Below, piece by piece: positions 1 through 9,246 of a stretch of 16,157 nt of DNA. The stretch comes from Pseudobacteriovorax sp. Lineage in GTDB: Bacteria > Bdellovibrionota_B > Oligoflexia > Oligoflexales > Oligoflexaceae. Within the stretch, counting starts at the first letter, position 1; each line of letters opens with the position of its first letter. A model generated the notes under the pieces. The model did not search any database. It was not told the origin of the DNA and saw only the letters and a list, made by a program, of their open reading frames with translations. A program made the position numbers and the translations under genes. The stretch spans positions 1-16,157 of the forward strand of contig JBNKNM010000011.1 of the NCBI GenBank assembly GCA_050293845.1, read 5' to 3'.

Positions 1-350
1 TATCATTTCTAGCAGTAAGAGCCAAGCTTTTCCAGTGACCAAAAGTTGTTTTATAATTACCAGGATTAATTGAACACCAACCGAGCTTAATAATTAACCA
101 AAAATAACGTTTTTAACCTTTTATACTTTCTTACCTTCTTAAAATTCTTTGGGCATTGGGGTAGTCATTACGATCAAAAAATAATCACCCAAAGCAGCGT
201 AGGCATCGCCAGCGATTTCTGAGTATGGATAGTTCTTTCAAGATATTGCAGCGCTATAGCTCTATTAAAAGCGATTGGATCTGCTGTTTGGCTTTAGGAA
301 AAAAGTGCTCTATTTCATATAAAAGACTTAAAATTCTTTCTAAGATAAGA
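1..350 (-). pseudogene. Frameshifted remnant of a TPR-repeat protein gene (continues off the left edge)
   Basis: Not in the ORF track. Stitching minus-strand frames by hand gives ERILSLLYEIEHFFPKAK/TADPIAFNRAIALQYL/KNYPYSEIAGDAYAALGDYF/DRNDYPNAQ/NFKKVRKYKRLK/RYFWLIIKLGWCSINPGNYKTTFGHWKSLA. The segments 'YP.S..A.DAY..LGDYF' and 'KLGWC..N.G.Y' are typical TPR helix-A patterns. About five frame changes are needed, mostly at short A/T runs (e.g. A6 at 176-181). Upstream boundary approximate. Confidence 0.6.
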
Positions 351-386
351 CAACATTACAAGCCTGAATGTCCCAACAATTTGATG

Positions 387-426
387 CACTATATCTTCCC
401 TAGCTGCAGCTAGGGAAGATATAGTG
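387..426. repeat. Perfect 40-bp palindrome (20+20, no spacer)
   Basis: CACTATATCTTCCCTAGCTG|CAGCTAGGGAAGATATAGTG: the second half is the exact reverse complement of the first. Flanking bases (386 G, 427 A) do not pair. No adjacent U-tract on either strand. Confidence 0.97.
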
Positions 427-494
427 AGAACTGTCGGCAATTATCCATGGTCGTTGAAAACCAATTTACTTCGAACCGAATAGTTCAGTATTTT

Positions 495-1205
495 TTAAGG
501 TTGCCAATCTTCATAAGGTTTGTCTATTGTAGACATGATTTTAGCATACTTGCCTGATTTCTTGAGTTTGGCAATAGCTTTAGACAGCATTTGATCAGCC
601 TCTCCTCCACGCTTACCTTTGGGGAGAATAATTTTTACGTCATAGCGCTTATAAAAGGTTCTAGCAATATTTTTAAATTTCTTTTCTTTCAGTAAAGGGT
701 CTGCAGCGGCATCGGCGAAAATAAAACCATCAATACGTCCTAAGTCAACATTTCGAAGGCTACCTGCAATATCCGTAGAACCGGAAATTTTGAAGTCAAA
801 ATATCCTACATGGGCCAGATCAGTTTCTAACTTGTATTTCCCTAGATTATTCATATCAATTTTTTTGTTTTTATTACTGTATAAAACAAAATTAATTTTA
901 TAAATTGTTTCAGTGGAAAAATCAAAATCGAGGTTTTTGGCAATATTATCTGGCATTTTAATAAGGGGAAGGTGGAAGTCCACATCTCCATTTATCACAG
1001 AACTCATGGAACGATTGAAGGGAACCACTTGGTATTCTATAGGCGACCCTTGGCTCGAAATAGCCTTCACTAAGTCTACTAAAACACCTTTATTTTCGCT
1101 TTCCGCCACAACTGGCATTTTTGCTAGACTTGCTTTAAAACCTCCCCCATAGGCCTGACCCATAAGAAAAGAAAGAAATAGAAAAGTAAACAGATGAAAT
1201 CCCAT
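495..1205 (-). CDS. Secreted solute-binding protein, family 3 (polar amino-acid ABC-type SBP fold), orphan
   Basis: 236 aa with a signal peptide (MGFHLFTFLFLSFLMGQAYG). Family-3-like motifs 'GVLVDLVKAI', 'VPFNRSMSSVINGDVD', 'VDLGRIDGFI' and C-terminal 'KAIAKLKKSGKYAKI'. No permease or ATPase gene alongside it in this window. Confidence 0.85.
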   Translation of the reverse strand: MGFHLFTFLFLSFLMGQAYGGGFKASLAKMPVVAESENKGVLVDLVKAISSQGSPIEYQVVPFNRSMSSVINGDVDFHLPLIKMPDNIAKNLDFDFSTETIYKINFVLYSNKNKKIDMNNLGKYKLETDLAHVGYFDFKISGSTDIAGSLRNVDLGRIDGFIFADAAADPLLKEKKFKNIARTFYKRYDVKIILPKGKRGGEADQMLSKAIAKLKKSGKYAKIMSTIDKPYEDWQP

Positions 1206-1530
1206 GGCAAAGAATCCTTTACTTTAGTTTATGAATCAATGCAGTTTGCACTAGTGAATTCTGTTCGGATAAAAAAAAGAAAACATAAGAAAAATTGGGA
1301 CTCTTAAATACGAGTCCTCTTAAAATAATAACATACTGTTATTATCGATCCTTTGCGCAGCTGTAAGGATAGGTAAAAGCAAGTAGGTAATTCCCCTCCA
1401 AAAATTTTACAACTATTGTTTAATGATATAATCCCATAGGGGACTGGTTAGCTTCAATTTTCTCCCTGCGCTAAATCGACCTCACCTCGTAATTCATCGT
1501 CTAGAGGCAAATTTCGTCGATCTTGCTCCA

Positions 1531-1555
1531 AATAAGCGACTATATGTCGCTTATT
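1531..1555 (-). terminator. Probable intrinsic terminator of the kdsB-to-CCC run
   Basis: AATAAGCGAC-tatat-GTCGCTTATT: 10-bp perfect stem, 5-nt loop, 14 nt past the CCC stop at 1570. The minus-strand tail (TTATTT) is only a modest U-tract. Confidence 0.6.
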
Positions 1556-1569
1556 ATTGGGTTTCGTTG

Positions 1570-3753
1570 CTATACGAATATACCAGCAAAATCGATTTCT
1601 TGAGCTGCCATAACTATAGCGGTTGGCGGCAAGTCTTCTGTAAGATTAATTATATTCCGGTAGTATTCTTGGTAAACTTCAGCGGCTTCGTCCTTTTCAG
1701 GGGGACGCATACCTATGAACACAAGGTCCGCATCCTGCGCCGAAGCAGTGATGGTTTCCTTAAGGTTCTGTTTCCAGCTTTCTTCGATAATAATACGCAG
1801 AGAAATTTTTAGTCTACCCCCTAGCAAGAAGGCCTGTAACATTTTTTCAGCAGCTTGCTTTTCGGTCTCGTTCCGCACAATAGTGTTGAGGATAATAGTG
1901 GCATCGCGCCAATCTTCGCTTAACTGTAGCATGTAAGCGAGAGCCAGCATCAGGCCAGCATTTTGTCGTTCTCGACCCCACCAGACATGAATCTTACGAT
2001 GGATGAGGTGTTCAGCAGAGTGTTTGCCTTCCCGAAACATGACCACGTTCTTATAGTTAAGGTAGCTGAACTGAATAAACTCTGAGTATTTGGCAAAATT
2101 ATCTTCTTTCTCGGTTTCACCTAGGAGAATGGTGTTGGGTGTTAAAGGGCCCATACCGTAGGCTTGAACCAGAGAGTATAGTCCTTCGCTGACATCTTCC
2201 GCAAGATAGACCTCAACGAGACCCGAAACTCTCCTTTTTTTAAGATACTCTTGAATCGACTCGACTATAGATCGTTTGCGCCCCATGTTAGTATCATTTT
2301 TTTGTAGTACACTAGCCACCGTAAGAAACCCCTTGCCCAGGGTGATGTTGTTAGCAAACTCGATTAAGTACCAACGGTTTGTTGGGGCGCCGCTCAATAC
2401 CAAAAAGTTGGGACGCCAAGACTTGGCGTTAGCCTTCAATTTGCCTAGCTTGTATATAGAATATCTAGCTAAAAGCATGAGTATGCCGTGGCGCATATCT
2501 TCCCAGCGGACTCTCATATTTCGACGCTGCATATAGTAATAGATGCTGATAACACAGGCCCCTGCAGCAAAAGTAGCGCCAGGGTTTATCATAAACATGG
2601 TGGCACCGCATAAAAGAGCCCCCAACATGGAAATCCCCCAGTGAACCTTGAATTTGGGACGCCAGGAAGGGTTGGCAATGAGGGCTTCGATCCCAGCAGT
2701 GAAGTTCAGTAACCCATAGGATGTTAGGAAAAACATGGAAAGAATGGGAGCGATGGCGTTGAGGTCACCAAGTAAAATCCCAATCAGAGCGATCAAAAAT
2801 GTCACTAAGGTGGCAAGTCGTGGATTGCGATCTTTTCCGTAAGTTTTCGATAACTGCTTAAAGACAACGGAATCCTTTGCCAAAGCCTGCAAAATGCGTG
2901 GGGCGCCGAGTAAACCACCGAGGGCACTCGAAAGGGTAGCCCCCCAGATACCAAGAAATATCAATTGGGAAAATTTGGCTACCTTTAGAATGATCGTAGA
3001 ATCGGCTCGCAAGATTTCTTGAGGTACAACCCAGGAAAAGGCTATGGGAATGGCCATATATATTACATAGCCGGTAGCAACTGCCGCAATAGTCCCCCAG
3101 GGTAGGGATTTGCTAGGGTCCTTGAGATCACCCGACATGGCGACTCCGGAGAGAATTCCCGTTACTGCTGGAAAAAATACCGCAAATACCGTCCAAAAAG
3201 ATTCAGTTTTCGATGGCACAATAGTGATGTCACCAAAGTCTTGGGGGTTGGTAATACCCCAAAAGAAGGAAACCAAAGACAGAATTATGGCAGCCATGAC
3301 AAAGAACTGAGCTTTGAGGGCGAGATCCGCTGACTTATAAGCAAGCAAGGTGAGGACCACAAGGCAACTAATGGAAGACCAAGTCATCGAAATATGAGGG
3401 AATAAGGAGGTCAGGGATTCCGAAAAACCAACAACATAAAACGAGACCCCTATGGCCTGGGCAATAAACAAGGGAAGTCCAACAGCAGCGCCGATTTCCA
3501 CTCCTAAGGATCGGGAAATCATATAGTAGGCACCGCCACCTTCGACTTTCATATTGGTAGCGGTTGCCGAAATGGAAAGAGAGGTAATAAAGGTAATCGC
3601 AGACGAGATAGTAACAATCAGCAGAGAGGCGACTAATCCAACATGGCCAACGACCCAGCCCATCCTAAGATACATGATAACCCCAAGGATCGTCAGAACA
3701 CTAGGGGTATAGACACCTTTAAAGGTGCCGAATTTACTATGGTTTGCTTCCAA
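1570..3753 (-). CDS. Cation-chloride cotransporter (SLC12/CCC family, APC superfamily), NKCC-like
   Basis: 727 aa, TTG start, about 12 hydrophobic segments plus a cytoplasmic C-terminal domain. CCC motifs: GTFKGVYTPSVLTILGVIMYLRMGWVVG, GGGAYYMISRSLG, FYVVGF, FAVFFPAVTGILSGVAMSGDLKDP, ATLSSALG, FLTSY, PSWRPKFK, KSWRPNFL, GMGPLTPNTILLG, IHVWW. Confidence 0.92.
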   Translation of the reverse strand: MEANHSKFGTFKGVYTPSVLTILGVIMYLRMGWVVGHVGLVASLLIVTISSAITFITSLSISATATNMKVEGGGAYYMISRSLGVEIGAAVGLPLFIAQAIGVSFYVVGFSESLTSLFPHISMTWSSISCLVVLTLLAYKSADLALKAQFFVMAAIILSLVSFFWGITNPQDFGDITIVPSKTESFWTVFAVFFPAVTGILSGVAMSGDLKDPSKSLPWGTIAAVATGYVIYMAIPIAFSWVVPQEILRADSTIILKVAKFSQLIFLGIWGATLSSALGGLLGAPRILQALAKDSVVFKQLSKTYGKDRNPRLATLVTFLIALIGILLGDLNAIAPILSMFFLTSYGLLNFTAGIEALIANPSWRPKFKVHWGISMLGALLCGATMFMINPGATFAAGACVISIYYYMQRRNMRVRWEDMRHGILMLLARYSIYKLGKLKANAKSWRPNFLVLSGAPTNRWYLIEFANNITLGKGFLTVASVLQKNDTNMGRKRSIVESIQEYLKKRRVSGLVEVYLAEDVSEGLYSLVQAYGMGPLTPNTILLGETEKEDNFAKYSEFIQFSYLNYKNVVMFREGKHSAEHLIHRKIHVWWGRERQNAGLMLALAYMLQLSEDWRDATIILNTIVRNETEKQAAEKMLQAFLLGGRLKISLRIIIEESWKQNLKETITASAQDADLVFIGMRPPEKDEAAEVYQEYYRNIINLTEDLPPTAIVMAAQEIDFAGIFV

Positions 3754-3769
3754 TCAGGTATCCATCCAC

Positions 3770-4879
3770 TTAAATTTTATGGGGGCCACGACTGTGGCGA
3801 AAACTCAGTTGTCGCAGGTAGTGATCCATAATTACAAGGGTGGTCATTGCCTCGACCATAGGAACCGCGCGGGGTAGCACACAGGGGTCATGACGTCCTG
3901 CCTTGGGTTGCATTCGTAATTCTTGGCCGTCACGATTTACGGAGTTCTGTTCCTTAAAAATGGTGGCTACGGGCTTAAAGGCTGTGCGTGTATATATAAA
4001 CTCACCATTGCTAATGCCTCCTTGAACTCCTCCTGAGCGATTGCTTTTGGTGCGTATACGTCCATCCGCGTTGTAGAATTCGTCGTTATGCTCAGAACCC
4101 GATAGCTTTGTAGCGCTAAATCCGGAGCCTATTTCGAAGCCTTTGCTGGCCGGTAGGCTCATCAATGCCTTAGCTAAATCAGCTTCCAGCTTATCAAAAA
4201 CCGGAGCTCCTAATCCTACAGGACACCCTTTGATACCGCAGAAAATTGTCCCCCCTACCGAATCTCCTGCTTTTTTAGCATTTAGAATAATCTTTTCCAT
4301 GGCGTCACGAGCATCGGGGTCGGGGCAACGCAGCATGGTCTCATCGACCTGAGTACGGGTGATATTTTCGGGGGTAGGAAAGTTACCCTTAAAGTCTTTA
4401 ACGGATTCTACAAAAGCCACGATAGCGAATTCAGGAATCAGGGTCTCTAGCACTTGTTCCGCCACAGCAGCGGCTGCAACTCTGCCAATGGTTTCCCGAG
4501 CACTAGCTCGTCCCCCCCCGGTGGGGGCTTTGACACCAAATTTGGCATCGGTGGTAAAATCCGCATGAGATGGTCGATAAACCTTGGACAAGTCATCATA
4601 ATGATCTTTTTTGGCGTCTTGGTTACGGATCATCAGGGCGATGGGAGTTCCTAAAGAAATATGGTCAACTAAGCCAGAAAGGCATTCAACTTGATCCTTT
4701 TCACCCCTTGGGGTTGAAAGATGGCTTTGCCCAGGACGGCGGCGATTAAGCTGTTCTTGGACCCGCTCCAGGGAAATTTTATGACCAGGGGGACAGCCAT
4801 CGATTACAACGCCCACAGCTCCTCCGTGAGATTCTCCAAAGGTGGTGATCCGATAAAGTAGTCCGAAGGTGTTGTCCAT
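3770..4879 (-). CDS. aroC: Chorismate synthase
   Basis: 369 aa. Signatures [74 protein letters not shown] Shine-Dalgarno just upstream of the ATG. Confidence 0.98.
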   Translation of the reverse strand: MDNTFGLLYRITTFGESHGGAVGVVIDGCPPGHKISLERVQEQLNRRRPGQSHLSTPRGEKDQVECLSGLVDHISLGTPIALMIRNQDAKKDHYDDLSKVYRPSHADFTTDAKFGVKAPTGGGRASARETIGRVAAAAVAEQVLETLIPEFAIVAFVESVKDFKGNFPTPENITRTQVDETMLRCPDPDARDAMEKIILNAKKAGDSVGGTIFCGIKGCPVGLGAPVFDKLEADLAKALMSLPASKGFEIGSGFSATKLSGSEHNDEFYNADGRIRTKSNRSGGVQGGISNGEFIYTRTAFKPVATIFKEQNSVNRDGQELRMQPKAGRHDPCVLPRAVPMVEAMTTLVIMDHYLRQLSFRHSRGPHKI

Positions 4880-4895
4880 AGGGGCTCCTATTTGT

Positions 4896-7895
4896 CTAGT
4901 TGCCTATAAGGGCGTCAAATCCGAACTTTGCATAGGCTTCCCAGTCGCGTTCTAAGACTTGACCTACCCCTAGACCAAGGTTAACGGTAACGCCCTTTAT
5001 ATCAGACTGAAGGTCAAGATTATAGCCATGAGCTTTGATGAAATCGCGGGGATGGGGGGCAATATTCTGTGTCCATGCATAACCGTAGTTAAAAAAGGCG
5101 GAAAAATCTAAGCGCTCCAAGTAAAATATATGGATCAGGGTGTCTAAGTGTCTAATAAGAGGGAAAGTCCAAGCCCAATTAAATCGGGCTTGCGTATCGC
5201 CGCGTTTCGCCCCTGTTAACAGGCCAGGCCCCAAGAAGGTTTCGTTGATCTCGTTAAAACCGCCACCACTTCCCGGAACAAAAGTTTTAAGGGGGCGATA
5301 GATTTCCCTGAGTAAGGGCCTTCGTTTGCCGCGTGTACGCCCATAAGATAATCCGAGTCTTTGGACAGTTTGCATCGAATTAACAGTAATGAGCGAAGAA
5401 TAATTCAAAGCTAATGATAGCTTATCGTACTTAAAGTTATCATTGATTTGTTCGGGAGCTACAATTAAGGATGTAGAATAGCTCAAGCGGTCTGAGCCAA
5501 TGGACCAGCTCTTGCTACCCGAAAGATGGAACAGGTTAATATAACCTTTTGCGACACGTGAATCATTCCAAATAAATGGATCACCAAGATAGGGTAGCAT
5601 ATAGGAGGCTTTATAACCCCCCTCCAAAGACAGGCGAAACGATGAAAAATAACGGGAAAGAGATAGTTCTCCTCCTCGCTCATCAAAATAATAGGAGTGT
5701 CTCAAAAATCCATTCCAGGTTTGCCGACGAAACAAGGATATATTGTAGGTTGTCGCAAAACGGTTGCTGCTAAAGGTGAGTTCCACATTGGGGAATTGGC
5801 TATTAATCCCGTATAATGTACTAAGTGATAGGGTTTCATTTTGCATGTGGTCCATGAGAGGAACCGATATAGCGCCAAATTGATAGCCCAAGGCATCAGC
5901 GCCGATCCAGGGGAACGAAAACACGGGCCGCCCCCGCCACTGAGCTTCTCGTCTGGCAGGCTTTCTCGGGTATTCATGGAGGGCGGGGGATGCGGCAATA
6001 CGCCGCTGATTTTCGTGATTAATCGTACTTGGTATCCACGGATGATTAGCCCTCAAAGCTTCCTCAAAGCTGGCTTGGGGATGGCTCATAGCATATTGTA
6101 GGGGCGAACTGGGCTGACCACTTGGTGAGCAGCGGCGAGGTTTGAATCCCCTAGGATCCTTCCCCAGCAGCCAGAATGACTTGTATTTGATGGAGCGAAA
6201 CATAACTCCCAGCCGATCATCTTTTAGGGGATATATTTTATAGGCTAAATTTGCTAGAGCATACTCTTCCACGCAGGTGCCCTGCTTATTGAGAACACGA
6301 ATAAATTGCTCGGTGTGGTTGCTTGTTAACACGAAGTAGCTCTGTGCATATTCTGCTAGGGATAAGGGTTTGCCTCCCAGGGGATAAGGGAAGTTGCGGG
6401 TCAGATTGGTTCCTGTATTAAAGTTGAGTATTCTGTGGCGGTCGCCAAAAAGAGTTTCGGTTTTTTCGCTCAACCATATTTGTTCCACCCGACTCCCAGT
6501 AGCATTAAAACTTTCCCCTATAAACTCAAGGGATGTTGGGAATCTTGTCGTTAGGGGGCAAGTGACTTTGGAAGGGTTTTTCGGACTGAGAAATGCTTTT
6601 TTGGATAGGGTACACAGCCGCGTAAGCTCCTGTTGCATTTCCAGCCAATAGATATCAGTATCTGTTGCAAATAAACGTAGTACGTAGGCATTCCTGTGTA
6701 GTCGTTTAATTAACTTTTTGCCCTTGAGTTCATAAAATACATAATGGGGTTCCCTATCATCATCGATAGTATTTTTACTGACAATAGTCAGATCTCCGTA
6801 GGTAATGCGGGGGTATGAAATCGCTTCTGGAAGTTGTTGGGTAAGCCGGTCTGGAATGTTCCGGTCGCCTTCATTCCAGATAATCTGAAATTCCCCCGTT
6901 CCATGATCGGTAGTTCGCAGATCATAAAGTTCTCCTTGTCGGGCTTGCAGTCCTGAAATGGCAGAAAATCTGATGGAACTTCCTGCTATGAGCTTCTCGT
7001 GGGGAGTAGGGATAGCAACAGAAGTATTAGCCTTTAAAGAATCATATTCGTAGTAGTTTCCTTGACTGTGCTGCTGCCAGTATAGAGTAGCCTTGGCCTT
7101 GTATTCCTCATATAGTTCACTACCAATTTTACCTGTATGGTTTGCTAGTGCTGCATCCATGGGCATAAAATCGTTGAAAGGTACAATGCTCCATGGCCAC
7201 CACCAAGGTAGGGTGTAGTCAAAAAAGTCTTCCATAATTAAATTAAGCTTGTCAGCTCCATAGGTTCTCAAAATGTAAGACACAAAAGCGCCAGCTACGC
7301 CATAACCCACGAGGCTAAAATCACTGCTGTAGAGGCTATGTAGTTTATCATAACTAGGCCAGGCATTTTCTAAGGCGATGGTACGCTCGATACCATACAT
7401 CATATCAGAGCCAACGGAATGCGATGTGGATTCAGCAAGACCTTCAATCCACCAAGCTGGTAACCATGGCAGATGAATTATAGATCCTGTAGGGCCAAAA
7501 ATATTTTCCAGATAAAGATACATCATATTGTGAGTGTACTCGTGCCAAAGTAAATCTCTTCCTCCCTGACCTAAGGTTTGAAGTTCCAGAGCATCAGTAA
7601 TGAAATTCGCAAACGAAGGATTCGTCGTGGTCGCTGACAGAATGATAGGCAAGGGGCTTTGCCGGGAAGTTTTAAACCACTTGGCCATAATTGGCCTAGC
7701 GGCTTCAGCGGCATTGGCAAAAGCTTGGCCTTCCTGAGGGGTGCGGGCATCGAAATAAAGGTAAAAGTTGGGGGAAACAATCTCCTCGTATTTTAGCTCC
7801 CGGAGGTTGCGGCCAAAGCCAATGGGGAGAGCGTAGGCGGCATACTCACAATAGGTCAGAACGACAATAAGGCTAAGTTTTACTATACAATTCAC
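4896..7895 (-). CDS. Large outer-membrane protein: signal peptide + HExxH gluzincin-like domain + beta-rich (propeller-like) region + C-terminal Omp85/surface-antigen-like barrel
   Basis: The ORF track starts at TTG 7913; GTG 7895 (after GAGGAAG, giving [24 protein letters not shown], 999 aa) is preferred. HEYTH at 7530-7544, then EGLAE at 7431-7445 (HExxH-x28-E). The last ~340 aa are amphipathic beta-strands with Omp85-like '[15 protein letters not shown]', '[11 protein letters not shown]', 'AHGYNLDL' and 'AYAKFGF'. Confidence 0.72.
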   Translation of the reverse strand: MNCIVKLSLIVVLTYCEYAAYALPIGFGRNLRELKYEEIVSPNFYLYFDARTPQEGQAFANAAEAARPIMAKWFKTSRQSPLPIILSATTTNPSFANFITDALELQTLGQGGRDLLWHEYTHNMMYLYLENIFGPTGSIIHLPWLPAWWIEGLAESTSHSVGSDMMYGIERTIALENAWPSYDKLHSLYSSDFSLVGYGVAGAFVSYILRTYGADKLNLIMEDFFDYTLPWWWPWSIVPFNDFMPMDAALANHTGKIGSELYEEYKAKATLYWQQHSQGNYYEYDSLKANTSVAIPTPHEKLIAGSSIRFSAISGLQARQGELYDLRTTDHGTGEFQIIWNEGDRNIPDRLTQQLPEAISYPRITYGDLTIVSKNTIDDDREPHYVFYELKGKKLIKRLHRNAYVLRLFATDTDIYWLEMQQELTRLCTLSKKAFLSPKNPSKVTCPLTTRFPTSLEFIGESFNATGSRVEQIWLSEKTETLFGDRHRILNFNTGTNLTRNFPYPLGGKPLSLAEYAQSYFVLTSNHTEQFIRVLNKQGTCVEEYALANLAYKIYPLKDDRLGVMFRSIKYKSFWLLGKDPRGFKPRRCSPSGQPSSPLQYAMSHPQASFEEALRANHPWIPSTINHENQRRIAASPALHEYPRKPARREAQWRGRPVFSFPWIGADALGYQFGAISVPLMDHMQNETLSLSTLYGINSQFPNVELTFSSNRFATTYNISLFRRQTWNGFLRHSYYFDERGGELSLSRYFSSFRLSLEGGYKASYMLPYLGDPFIWNDSRVAKGYINLFHLSGSKSWSIGSDRLSYSTSLIVAPEQINDNFKYDKLSLALNYSSLITVNSMQTVQRLGLSYGRTRGKRRPLLREIYRPLKTFVPGSGGGFNEINETFLGPGLLTGAKRGDTQARFNWAWTFPLIRHLDTLIHIFYLERLDFSAFFNYGYAWTQNIAPHPRDFIKAHGYNLDLQSDIKGVTVNLGLGVGQVLERDWEAYAKFGFDALIGN

Positions 7896-8655
7896 GTGCT
7901 TCCTCAAGATCAAAGGGAGTGTCTATACCAATGGCTGCATGTTTGCTTTCTACAGTTAGTATAGCAATTCCATGACCTATAGCACGTAGCTGTTCGAGTT
8001 TTTCTAGTTTTTCAAGAGGGTGCTCAGGGTATTGGCTAAACTTTTCAAGGCATGCCTTACGGAAACCATAGATTCCTTGGTGCTGCCAAAATCCGGTGAA
8101 AGTATCATCCCGATGAAAGGGAATAGGTGCCCGGGAAAAATAAATAGCTTTATCCTCAGATATTACTGCCTTCACTACATTGGGATTGTTAAAATCATTG
8201 CGGTGTGGATTGCGATAGACGACAGTTCCCATTTCTATTGGATTCTGACGGGGCATGGCCATGCTTTCCGCGAGTTTTTGTAGGGTTTCTACATCGACGA
8301 AAGGTTCATCGCCTTGAACATTGAGGATAAATGGCTGCGAATGACGGCTACTCACCTCATGTACACGGTCGGTTCCGCTTTTATGGTCGGTTTTGGTAAG
8401 CTCACAGGGAATATTGTACGGTTCGCAAGCCTGTTTTACCTGGAGGGAGTCCGTAGCGACAATGGCTAAGGCTCCCATGTCTATTATGGGTTTTAGTCTT
8501 TGATAAACCCTGACGACAAGGGGAGCGCCACATAGGTCCTGTAGTGGTTTTTGAGGAAGTCGCGTCGACGCGAGCCGGGCTGGAATAACTATAATCCAGT
8601 GCTTCCAACTGAAAGTACCTGTATTACTGCTCAATATTTTACCTCTTGTTGACAT
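7873..8655 (-). CDS. kdsB: 3-deoxy-manno-octulosonate cytidylyltransferase (CMP-Kdo synthetase)
   Basis: Motifs IPARLASTRLPQKPL, VATDS, HKSGTDR, NVQGDEP, NPNVVK, YFSRAPIP, HQGIYGF, LEKLEQLRA, GIDTPFDL. Start placed at ATG 8655 (MSTRGK); the ORF-track start at 8721 is probably too long. Confidence 0.96.
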   Translation of the reverse strand: MSTRGKILSSNTGTFSWKHWIIVIPARLASTRLPQKPLQDLCGAPLVVRVYQRLKPIIDMGALAIVATDSLQVKQACEPYNIPCELTKTDHKSGTDRVHEVSSRHSQPFILNVQGDEPFVDVETLQKLAESMAMPRQNPIEMGTVVYRNPHRNDFNNPNVVKAVISEDKAIYFSRAPIPFHRDDTFTGFWQHQGIYGFRKACLEKFSQYPEHPLEKLEKLEQLRAIGHGIAILTVESKHAAIGIDTPFDLEEARELYSKT

Positions 8656-8780
8656 TCGGGCTTTCTTGCGGAGTAAAATGAAGCTGCCACCTTGCCTCCT
8701 AATGACTAACACTGATACCATAGAAGTATATTACGCACGAATGAAATTTGTTGGAAACCTCCTGATTATGAGGGACTCCC

Positions 8781-9233
8781 ATGGGTGTAGAAGCTGTTGA
8801 CACTAGAGATCCTAGCGCAGTGGCCTTTTTTGTCAGCGATCTTTGCCAAGAGGCCGATTTGATATATCGGTTTGGATATACGTTAACACTGAGTGAGGTG
8901 GCAGCGGGCCGATTGGTGCGGGAAACTTTTCGAGCTATTCTAGGTCAACTTTCTCGCTTTCTAGAATATTCTAGCCAAAAGATTAGGCTCGAGCTGATGT
9001 CAGTAGCCTGGGGAATTTTTCAGGACTGGAATGAATCCTTCAAAGAAACGGATACTCCCGTTCTTGACTTTTTATATGCATTGAAAATAGAAGCGCGTAT
9101 CATTTTAGTGATGGTTGACATTTTAGGTCTCTCCGAGTTCGAAGTCCAAACCATTCTAGGCTTAAAGGAAATTGAATTAAAGCGCTTTCTAGCCGAGGGA
9201 CGTCGGGAAATGCTCAACCTAACTAGCAGCTAG
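8781..9233 (+). CDS. Degenerate ECF sigma-70-like protein (sigma2- and sigma4-like domains)
   Basis: 150 aa with a GAGGGA SD. 'LIYRFGYTLTLSEVAAGRLVRETF' aligns with ECF region 2.1-2.2 (LYR.A..L.G...DAEDLVQETF). 'LYALKIEARIILVMVDILGLSEFEVQTILGLKEIELKRFLAEGRREM' aligns with region 4 (L..LP...R..L.L....GLS..EIA..LG...GTVKSRL.RAR..L). Immediately followed by an anti-sigma-like gene. Confidence 0.75.
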   Translation: MGVEAVDTRDPSAVAFFVSDLCQEADLIYRFGYTLTLSEVAAGRLVRETFRAILGQLSRFLEYSSQKIRLELMSVAWGIFQDWNESFKETDTPVLDFLYALKIEARIILVMVDILGLSEFEVQTILGLKEIELKRFLAEGRREMLNLTSS

Positions 9234-9246
9234 GAGATAGTGTGAG

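Noticed and set aside
225..413. 62-aa plus-strand ORF
   Set aside because: No recognisable motif or clear SD; it lies antisense to the TPR remnant and ends inside the palindrome.
1260..1375. Sigma-28-like promoter or riboswitch upstream of the SBP gene (TCCGAACA, ATCGATAA; 6-bp inverted repeats GGACTC/GAGTCC and ATCCTT/AAGGAT)
   Set aside because: No TAAA -35 element at the correct spacing, the stems are short enough to arise by chance, and no riboswitch consensus was recognised.
8656..8721. N-terminal extension of KdsB from ATG 8721
   Set aside because: The KdsB fold begins at 'WIIVIPAR'; the extra residues are not family-like and would occupy the divergent promoter region.
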